Shown here: piece by piece, positions 38,886 to 49,229 of the stretch
How positions within the stretch are numbered: position 1 is the first letter of the stretch
Layout: every line of letters starts with the position of its first letter
NCBI GenBank assembly: GCA_049724395.1
Contig: JAUGWO010000002.1
Span: 62,001-115,899 of the forward strand
DNA length: 53,899 nucleotides
Origin: Spongospora subterranea f. sp. subterranea
Lineage: Eukaryota
Direction: 5' to 3'
Notes under the pieces: model-generated
The model's input: the letters and a program-made list of their open reading frames with translations, nothing else
Told to the model about the DNA's origin: nothing
Database searches by the model: none
Made by a program: the position numbers and the translations under genes

Positions 38886-39059
38886 TAGATGGTTCTGCAC
38901 AATCAAAGCTCAGTGCATCCTGCGTTCGCTGCTTCAGAACTTCCAAGGACATCATTGAATTCTTCTTAATGATGGCCTTGGCGCCTGACGAACTTGTTGA
39001 CGCTTTCAAGGTTTATTGATAAAGTGGACAGGGAAAAGTTTGAAGAACCGGTCCATTGA

Positions 39060-39570
39060 AATTTTTTTTATTCATCACCACTCTGTGCATCCTGCATTGC
39101 TTGATGCAAAACTGCAATGTCGCAGGGTAAATTGTCTGGAACATCACTTTGGCGCCTGAGCCGTTGCTTGCCAATGTGAGGCATCTTATAATTGTTGCCC
39201 CCCTTTACCTTCATGATCTTCATCATGCATTGCTGGAGAGTTAAAAGTGACCTTCATGATCTTCATACTGCATCGCTGGAGAGTTAAAAGTGACCTTCAT
39301 GATCTCCATACTGCATTGCTGGAGAGTTAAAACCATGTCTTCAAGCTTATCTTTCTCCATGCTATCAAACGAGATCTTGACAGCCTTCACAAGATCATCG
39401 ATTTTTTTCGCTGTTGTAGAGGAATCTGTTTAACTTTTTCAGGATCAACGACTTTTTTCTTTGGTCCAACCTTTCCTCGTTTGTGTGAACAACACAGGAC
39501 GGCAGAAGTCCCAATCCTACTCACAGTTCTGCGTGAAACGGCAAATTGACTGCTTGCTGAGGTGTGTGTA
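39060..39570 (-). pseudogene. Degenerate mariner transposase (DD39D/plant-type C-terminus) with internal 43-bp tandem repeats
   Basis: IDDLVKAVKISF..LEDMVLTLQQC..MKVKGGNNYKMPHIGK matches the C-terminal motif of DD39D mariners. Repeats at ~39218-39331. Confidence 0.7.
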
Positions 39571-39604
39571 TACAGTATTATAAAGGGGGGGGGGGGGGGA
39601 ATAT

Positions 39605-42086
39605 ACAGTAGATTCTCTTACTTATGAAAATCGCGTCCACCGAATCGGTTCTATGGTTTATAACTTATATTCTCTAATAACTAATAACTTATACGATTTT
39701 TTGAAAAATAGGTTATAAGAGAGCATACAAACATCAAGCAACTCCGTTCTCTATTGTACAAATTCTGCAGAGAGCAACGCGAGCAATTCTTGCGAGCTTG
39801 AAAAACAACAAGATATCAGATCGTATCTTTTATAAACGAGAAATGACTTTTTTATATGCTGTCTGCACGCGATAGCTATCGCGCCCAAGTTTCTGACGAC
39901 CAGATGTGCCCGGAACTCATTCAGCGTTTCATCAAGGTGCTCGCCATGAGAGCATATAAAAAAATCATTTCTTTTTTATGAAAGATAAGATCTGATATTT
40001 TGCTGTTTCAAGCTCGCAAGTACTTGCTCGCGTTGCTCTCTACAGAATTTGTTTGAAAGAGAACGTAGTTGCTTGATTATTTCACAGTTTTCCAGTGATT
40101 TCCCACAGAGTATTTCGATGGACATCTGCAAAGCACTGATCTTTTGCTCCAATGTGATTTCGCTACAGCTCTCAGACGCTTCAAGTTCAACATCAGGCTC
40201 CGAATCTTCACGATATGTTCCCAATATATCGTCTTCAGTAAGTTCTTGGTGAACTTCAAAATCATCGTCCTGAGCGATATATTCCTGAATACCCACTGGT
40301 TTTGCTGACAGCTCACCGATTTGATCAGCGACTATAGCATCAAATTCGTCAAGAGATATCGCTGTCGAAGAAATCGTCGCTTTGAGGGTCAACAGCATCC
40401 AAAAGGCCAGTGTGAGACCAGCAATTTGTTATGGAAATCGATGTTATCATTTCCCACGCATCTCTACACCAGGACATGGCTTGCAGGATGTCAACCTTAT
40501 AGATATCCTTAGCTTGGATTTTGTCGCGATCCAGAGCCAATCCCAGTTGAAACGACCGATAACGTTTTTTGAAAGCAGCGATAATGCCGGCATCCATCGG
40601 CTGGATAAGCGATGTCGTATTTGGAGGGAGAAACATAACCGAAACGTTGGTCAAATCCAGTGAGCGAACAGCATGAGTTGGCGCATTGTCAAGAAGTAGC
40701 AGGACTTGGCGCTGGTGTTTGCGCATATCCAAATCGAACTTTTCAAGCCATTGTTGGAATAGCAGGCTGGTCATCCAAGCCTTTTTGTTCCATGCGTAGT
40801 AGAACCCAAGCTCCTCTGCTCGCTTTTTCTTGAAACAGCGAGGCTTTTCAGAATGCCCGATGAAGAATAAGGCTCTTTTGTCAGTTCCGTTACTGTTAGC
40901 GCGATCCAAGGCAACCGTCAGTCGAGTCTTGTCTTTCTTCATTCCGCCCATTTGTCGTGAAGCAATCGTGCGATCAGGTGCCATTGAAAAGAAAAGCCCG
41001 GTTTCGTCCATATTATAGACATCAGCCGGTGAATAGCGCGCTGTTAATTGCTGCAAGATTGGCAACTCAGCCCTTACTGCTTCCATATCGGCAGAGCCCC
41101 TCTCTCCTGCAGGTTTCATTGACTTGAAGTTCCGGCGAAGAAGGAATTTCTGAACCCATCCGTCAGAAAACGTGAGACGGTCGTTCTCAGGAATTGCAAA
41201 CTCGTCGGCCGCTTTTTTTTTGCAGAATCTTCCAGCTCAGTGCTATACCACGTTCTTGACAACCAATGACCCACGATGCCGTCCAAAACAGGAAATCTAA
41301 TCATCCGAGGCTTTTTTAGTGTCAATTCCGATTCACGAACGTCGATCGAAATTTGCCTCCTGTTGTTCAAAATATTGGATATGGCGGGCTGACTTAGAGC
41401 TTTCTGCGCTCTAAACTCAAGTTTAGCCCATTCCGCAATCTCCTTCTGGGTCATCTTGGGATTCTCCAATGATTTCTTGCGAATCTCTAGGCATTGGGCC
41501 ACTGTTAAATTTCCAGAGGTAGCAGTAACAACTTTCGCTTCCTTCAGTACATTGCTGATAGTAGCTTGCGAGAGATGGTCCATGTTAAATTCTCTTTTGC
41601 TATCTCAGCCACTTTGGCTTGCGACATCTTAGGATTCAATCGGCTAATTTCCAGAATACGAGCGCGTTTGACAGGTGACAATTTTCCCTTATGCGACACC
41701 TTCAAAGTGCGCTTAGGAATATTAAAAAGCGAGAGCTTGCTGGCATTTCTCTGTCTTGGAACACCAAACTCGCTGACCATACCCCTCTTCGTCCTTCCCA
41801 TAGGGAGCCCCGCAGAATCGATGGACGGCGCGATTACATTCTGGACAACTAAACTCAAAAGCTTCAGTGATGAAAAAGCAATCGAACGAAAACTGTAAAT
41901 ACCGATGAGAACCGGATCCGGTTATCGGCTCGCTGCAGACAGGGCAGGATGACATTTTGTAAAAAAATCGACGCGGGCAACGACAACTTGAATGCGTGAT
42001 CGACACCACTGCGGTATTACGGTATTTGCGTGACATCGCATTATTGTTTTGCGTACGCAATATTAGTTTTAAAAAAATCTCTCTTA
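39605..42086 (-). mobile_element. pogo/Tigger-type transposon; frameshifted transposase 41955-39976 with a PHD-like finger, CENP-B-like HTHs and a DDE_1 domain
   Basis: YNMDETGLF, KAWMT, LLLDNAPTH and FLPPNTTSLIQPMDAGII. Probable terminus TA-CAGTAGATTCTC at 39603. The other end is interrupted by the Harbinger at 42087. Confidence 0.9.
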
Positions 42087-43616
42087 GAGCCTGTTTCAAG
42101 TGGAAAATTGCGCAAAATTAATTAGGGTTCCACCAACCAGATTGCGTTTTGCGCATCCGTAATTAAATGTAATTCCGATACAACATCCGTAGATGATTCG
42201 AATAGTATTGACGAGCGCTATCACCTGTTTGTTATGTGGAGTTCAATCAGCAGCCATCGCCACTGTAGCAATCTGTCAGGTGCTTGCTATCAATCGTTCA
42301 CCTGATGGAAGGTCATTTGAAAGACCCCGTTCACGTGTTTTCTCGATTCGGCAGAGTCAGTTTCCCTTAGCAGACGCCGACCAAGATTGCCATGACGGTT
42401 GGTTCAGAGACCAATTCCGCTGTACCAAAAGGTCGTTTAATTGCATAGTGAATTTGATCAGCAACCATTGGGACGTCATCAACGAGCCGATTGGCGATAA
42501 TGCACATTTCCGACTTCGCTACCGTGTCGCAGTATGCTTGCATTATCTGACACAATGCAGGATCTCTGGTTGAATCTGCCAAAGTATTTGGTATGAGTAA
42601 GTCATCAGCTTGCCGTTACGTCGAACAAGTTGTGGATGTTGTACTGAAGGGCTTAGGTCCCCAGTTCATACGCCTTCCATCAAATGTTCAAGAATGGCAA
42701 CAATTATCGGATGGTTTTGAAAGCGTATGCGGGTTTCCTGATACGTGCCTTGCAATTGATGGATCATTGTTTGAGATTGAACACCCTGCAGATTTTGAGG
42801 GTTGGTATTGCAGAAAAGGGTACCCTGCAGTTAACGCACAAGCTGTTGTTGACCACACATTACGCATCAGGGATTACGCTCTTCGTCCAGGTTCAGAAAA
42901 CGATAAGGGTATTTACAACCGTTCTCAGTTCGGTGCCACGATACATTTGAAGCTTCCACCTGGAAAATGCATTATTGCCGACGCTGGCTATCAACTGTTT
43001 TCACATTGTTTGACACCGTATGAAATCACCGACAACATGCATCCAGACGACCGGAATTATAACTACCTTCATTCCAAAACCAGGATAGCAGTTGAAAAGG
43101 CTAGTTTGGCGTTCTGAAAGGTCGTTTTCGGAGATTCAAGGCCCCTTTGAACCAGAAAGGCAATCAAAACAATGGTGATCCAGACATCCGCAAAGAAAAA
43201 ACTGGATGCATGCAAGCAGCAAGAATTATTCGTGCTTGTTTCGTTTTCCACAACGTGCTGATTGACCTCCAAGACCAGTTCTGGTTGAACCGGAGATAAA
43301 TCCACAAGACGTTGACATCGTTGTTAACGCCGAAGGCGCTGCCCCGATTGGTGCAATTTCAGGAGCCCCTGCGAAAGCAAGAAGAGACGCGGTCAGAGAA
43401 TATCTGCCATTGAAACGAGATGCGGCTGGTCATCGATAAAACAATCGAAATCAAGAATTTATTTTTTCGCGATTTCTTGCAATACTCGGAGTATATCCTT
43501 TTGAACGTTGTTTCCGCTCTCAATAAACTCCCTCAGTTCACCACGAGAAGCATCGTTCAAAAGGATATACTCCGAGTATTGCAAGAAATCGCAAAAAAAT
43601 AAATTCTTGATTTCGA
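42087..43616 (+). mobile_element. PIF/Harbinger element; frameshifted DDE_Tnp_4-type transposase ~42193-43430
   Basis: TTA then terminal GAGCCTGTTTCAAG. Motifs WFRDQFRC, LAIDGS, YCRKGYPAVNAQAVVD, IADAGY and NYLHSKTRIAVE. The right end was not found. Confidence 0.88.
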
Positions 43617-43684
43617 GGACGAGATCGACGCATAATTCAAAAATTAATAGAGCAAAGTTTTCCGGAATTTAATAAAGTGGACTA

Positions 43685-46600
43685 CAGTGCGGGACATCTA
43701 GTCTCGACAAATTTCCAAGGACTTTTTTGTATGACAGCTGGCACGGAATTTCTCAACCGCCGAACTACAATAAGGCGGGTATTGAACATCGTTATCACAT
43801 AGATATCATCGAGACCAACAATTTGACGATTTGAATTTTGTCATAAGTCAAAAACTCAGTGCGGAGTTCACGTTTGAAAATTCACCTTTTTTCAAAATTG
43901 GCCAGTGGTGAAAATATATGCGTAAAAATGTGCGTACGCATATTTATCACTGCGGCAGTCACGCAACTTATAACTGCGTACGTCGCATCCTATAAATGCG
44001 ACAGTGCATTTTAAACATGCGAAGAGGAAATTGAATACAGTTGTAAAAAATCGGAAATTGATAATCAACATTTTTTGCCATCTTTTCCGCCCATTGTTTC
44101 TTCAAGTCTTCAATGACATCCGCTGGTATTGCGACGATGTGACTTGTATTGTTTGCAAGCGAAAGCAGCTACTCGACCTTTAAGACCATTCTTGTAGGCG
44201 TCTCCAAAGCGAATTGCCAGCCGAAACCATTTGCGGACAAAGGGCTAATGGAATTTCATCCAGTATCTGTGGCGCCTTTTCCGTAAGCCGGGAAACGAAT
44301 AATCGCATTGTTCGCGACAAATCAACTTTGCCCTTCCCCATGCCATTTCTATAGGGTTCAACTCACAATGGAATTTTGGCAGGAACGTACATTGTCCTCG
44401 TCCTACGAAAAGTTGTTCCAGAGCGGATTTTTCTGATGAAAAATCTGCTTCCAACTCCAAAATCCTGGTCAGACAGCATGTGCGAATTTCAGGAGATTTG
44501 ACTTTGTTAGTTTTGCAGTCTTTACAAATGCCAATGCATTTGCCATAATCTGGGAGAAGCCCCCGTTCCTGTACAACATGCAGCATCACTTTTGCTTGTC
44601 CCGCAAAATGTGGATGGTCGTTCAGGAAAACCATTGATTGTGGAACAGAAGTTGGGTCAATCTGATTTCGCTAAATGTATACAGTAGATGATTAGTTTAT
44701 GGCCACTTCGACGATAAATATTTCTAACCTGGTGAGCGGAATGAAGAACGTATCGCGCATCAAAGGCTGTTTGCCTCCGGGATTCACGTTCATGCGAGAC
44801 ACTACGAGAGCATCATGTGCAAATGCTTGATGATTGCTGGAGCAATCGAATATGGCACACATTATCTCGCCAGGATATGCGATTTCGAATAAGTCCAACG
44901 TGTGTTTACATTGTGCAAGCAACTGCTCACAATCCCACCAGGCGTCTGCATTTTTGCCTGGGCATATTATCACACGACTTCGAAGATTTTGGGGCAGCAA
45001 CCCACTCTTGCGCAGCTTTAATTTTTGGTCTGCTGTTAAAACTTTTTCCAAGTTTAAGAATCCACATGACTCAAACATGAAATCAGAAACATGGAGACAG
45101 CGACCGAGCCCTTTCTTAGGCAATTCCTGATCGTCATCTCGACCATAATATGTATCACTAATATCATTCGCGTAGAATATGCTCTCATCGTGATATGCCA
45201 CGCGTATGGGTACAGCATTACAATTCTCAGGCGGAATAGCAACATCCATTCCATCACCAATGTAGACAGTACGACGCGGCTCGATGGAGTCCAACAAAGG
45301 CAGGAACGTCTTATGTAAATATAACTGAACATCTTCACCGATCATGCCCATCGTAATACACACCTTTTTTTCGTATCTGCTTTTTGAATCCCAGTTCGGT
45401 CATCCATCTTCGAACTGTTTTCAAAGAAACACCAGAAAACCCGTTGACAGTCAAATAGGAATCCAGCCATTCCTTGAATTGCACAGGATTTGTTCGACGG
45501 CGACAATCAAGTACATTGAGGCAGTCCTGTCTAACAAAGCTTATATCAATGATGCGATCTTTTTTTGGATGGTTTCCGATACGAGAAAGAGAAAGTTCTC
45601 CTGTGCGCTTATAAGCAGCCGCAAGGTATCGAAGACGCCTGGCGCAATACTTGCCTAAACGAATTTTATCACATGACAAAACTTGAGGGAAATATAGCGA
45701 TCAAATACCTCTTCCGAAAAAAGTTCGTGCAATCGTCAAAGAATGTTTGATGTTTGCCGATGTTCCTATGAAAGTTTTCTGAAAATATCTCTCAATACCC
45801 CTAAGCCATAACACTTGAGTATCAGTGTTTGGGAGTCTTTTAAACTTGAAAATATCTCGGCGAATAGTTGCAATGATATCGTTGTCTTGGAAAGTTGATT
45901 GAGACTGATATACCGAAAATGGTACTCCTTCACTACTTTCGGATTCGCTATATGTGGAATAACCAGTGTTATCGAGTATATCGGCTCCTGTCGCAACCGA
46001 TTGACTGTTGTGCTCGTTATCATCGATATTTAGTCGACCTGCTGGTTTGAAGTACTCGAGAATCGAGTGATTCAAGGAAATATTCTTTCGCCGTTCAGCT
46101 TCTCTTCTGCGAACTGAACGTACACTGTTTCCTCTGTATCTCCTTTTCAAAACAATTTGGCCCAATGGTCGAATAGCAGGTCGGTCCACTTATTCATGCT
46201 CATTTCCCTTGTCTGTTTCATCGCTTGTAGTTTCGGTCAAACTGCTTTGGCTGCTACCCTCACTCGCAGAGGTATGGGAATCTCAACTGCACACATCTTC
46301 CACGAGATGCATTGACTCATGTCCTTGGTTTGTTTCAACAAGCAAGTTTCCTTGTCGTCGTCTTGCAGCCGCTGCAGCAGCTGTACGTTTCCGACTTCGT
46401 AAGCGGGGCATCACAAGCAAACCGCTCTCCGCAGGAATGTTCGGTATTTAAACTCCGACGAAGTGGTTATAATCGTTTGGTGCGCAAACTCTATATATAC
46501 AGAAAGGGAATTTCATTCCCTACTCAACAAGCTGTTTGACGGCTCAAAAACAGCAATATTGAGGGATTTCTATAAATAGCTTTTGATTTTTTTTAAATTG

Positions 46601-46735
46601 GCCGGAGTGTACATATGGGAAAAGCAGCTCGTTAGATTCGTTTTTTCAAGGCGCATCTTTTTTGCTAACATAGTTTGGCCTCTACTCCACTTGAAAGGCC
46701 CATTCAAATTTGTCGAGACTAGATGTCCCGCACTG
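43685..46735 (-). mobile_element. Full-length Tc1/IS630-like DNA transposon (3051 bp) with a disrupted transposase (~46411-44060)
   Basis: Perfect 30-bp TIR CAGTGCGGGACATCTAGTCTCGACAAATTT with TA TSD. Motifs KGVYYDGHDR, HDESIFYAND, IFDCSSNH and FLPKFHCELNPIE. Confidence 0.93.
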
Positions 46736-46737
46736 TA

Positions 46738-49225
46738 GATCTTGCCGAGCTCAAGGTTTCTATAGTTTTAGATTTTTCCAGTTCCCAATATTGACTGACA
46801 TTTTACGCACTAAAGTTGAGAGAAAAGTAAAAATATTGAGATTAATAGGTCAAATTAAATCGCAACTTAAAATATCCGTACGCACTTTAATATTTTGTGG
46901 CGCAGTTTCATGACACCGCAGTACGCAACTTGAAATGCGCAGAGCTCGCAAAAGCAGTCGTGGCGGCGACCTCTTCTCGATTTTCAAGTTTTTACAACAT
47001 GGGCAGGAACACCAAGCGCCAGCGACATCTTTCATTTGCAAGGTCGTGCATTGGCAGAATCGATTGGTAAGCTTTGTTTTGGGAATTATGGCGATTTGTC
47101 TGATGGTTTGTAATTCAGTAACGCTGAAATTGTTTCTGATGAAGATCTGGATCAGATGTATGAGATTGAGCCAGCAATGCCTCCCAACGAATACCTCGAC
47201 CCCTCTCAGGAAGCAGTTGTTCTTAAATGGATAGAAGGGGCTCGTCTTGCTCGCTCAGCATATACCGGGAAGAGCAGGGCCTCCTTATTTAGACATCAGA
47301 AAGCAAGGAGGGAGAGGGAGGAGACGATGATGGGATGTAAAACCCTTTCTTCGTACTTTGAACCGAAAGTTGAGAGCGTTTTCCAAAATTGTTTACCTGA
47401 ACTTCAGATAAACAGCTTCCAAATTCTTGACAATGCTTTATTGTCTTTGGTTTTTAAGACGCAAATTCGCTCAAATCAGCGTCTTGAAAAGAGGAATCAA
47501 GACATCTCAAAGTTTGATTACTTAAGGTTCATGGCTGTTCGAACGCTTTCTTTTGAAGTTGCGAGAAGATGACAATTGCCGAATGTCTGCTTCCATCGAG
47601 ATTGCAAGCCAGCTTTTTCCAGGCTCTGGACAACAGTGGAAATCAAGGAGCGTGCGTCAATGGTCATCGTATTATTTAGCCCATCTCGAACTTCCACAAT
47701 CCCGTCAAGGAGCTCATCAAAAGATATCAAGTCTAATTGATTCTGAAGATGTTAAGCGACATTGTCTGTTGTGGTTGCGGTCTGTGGATGCCAATTTAGT
47801 GACTGGGAAATCTTTTTCACAATGGGGGTCGGCTCAGATCTTTCCCTCTAAGTTAGATCTGCCTAATGTGATCAACATTTCAAACCGAACTGCTGTTCGG
47901 TGGTTACACGCTATGGACTTTGTTCATTGTGATCAAAAGCAAGGAACGTATGTTGATGGTCATGAACGCATTGACGTCGTCCGATATCGCACGGGATTCC
48001 TCGCGGAAATGGAGGAATATCAGAAGCGGATGTATTGTTACGTCGGTGATGATTGTGAAACTGCGATTCGTCCTGACCTCGAAGACGGAGTTCGCCCTCT
48101 TGTTCTTGTTGTCCAGGACGAATCCTGCTTCACTTCCAACGAAGGAAGAAGACCGTGTGGATGCGCAAGGATCAAAGCATCCTTCGTCCAAAAGGCGCGG
48201 GTAGGAGTCTCACGTCATCTGAATTCCTGTGTGAATGTCATGGCCGCCTTTGTCTATCGCCAGACCAGCAGATACTGTATCCTCAAGTTCCAAAGGAAGC
48301 GGGAGTGTTGATTAAGCCTGGATGCAACGGAGATGGATTTTGGGATAATTCGGACTTGGTTGCTCAGATTTCCGACCGCGTCATCCCCATCTTCAAAATT
48401 CTACATCCCGAATGTGACGCATTGATGTGTTTTGACCATTCGATGAACCATCTTGCCAAAGCCCCTGATGCATTGGTGGCGAAACGATTGAATCTGGGTG
48501 ATGGCGGAAAGAATGTCCCCAATATGCGATGTGGCTGGTTTATGCATCAAGGAGAAAGAGTTTCACAAACGATGCAGACAGGAGAACACGAGCCTAAAGG
48601 AATCAGGACTCTACTGAAGGAACGAGGCTTGTGGCCCATCGAAGGGCTCAGAGTAAACGATGCAAGGAAATTGTTGTCTGAGCAACCGGATTTCATAGAA
48701 CAGAAAGGATGTTTGGAAGAGGTGGTAACGGCTGAGCCGGGCTTCCTAATCAATTATTTCCCCAAGTTCCATTGTAAGTTTAATCACATTGAGATGTTTT
48801 GGGGCGCTTGTAAAAGATATACCCGGGAGAATTGCAATTATACCTGGCCCGGATTGCTCGATACGGTTCCCAAAGCCTTAAATTCGGTATATTAACAACA
48901 TTGTTGAGGATTCATTAACAAAGACTAGTACTGACATCAATGTACAGGTTTCGCTATCACAAATCAGAAAATACGCTCGAAAAAGCTGGAGATATATGGA
49001 TGCGTATCGCGAGAAGAACGGCGAGCGGTTGACTGTACAGCAGGTCGAGTATGCGGTTCGGAAGTATCGCCGGCACCGCTCCGTCCCCCAATCGATCATC
49101 AACGAACTTTAAATAAACTCGATTTTCCGCTGTTTTCATTATTTGCGTGCGCAGTTTTATATTTGTTGCGTACGCAGTTTTGAAAAAAATTTGAGACTAT
49201 TGGTGAGTTAAGACGGCGCGCACTG
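46738..49225 (+). mobile_element. Tc1/IS630-like transposon (second family); frameshifted transposase ~46999-49112 with one intron; left TIR missing
   Basis: GTYVDGHER, VQDESCF, FDHSMNH and [16 protein letters not shown]. Right end ..GAGTTAAGACGGCGCGCACTG-TA resembles the TIR of the 37210 element. Confidence 0.88.
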
Positions 49226-49229
49226 TACC

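Noticed and set aside
39585..39599. Poly-G run as a functional G-quadruplex
   Set aside because: A simple homopolymer at a TE junction; its length is unreliable and there is no other support.
46686..46702. CCACTTGAAAGGCCC as the right TIR of the Harbinger starting at 42087
   Set aside because: Imperfect match, no TAA/TTA TSD, and it lies inside a different element bounded by its own perfect TIRs.
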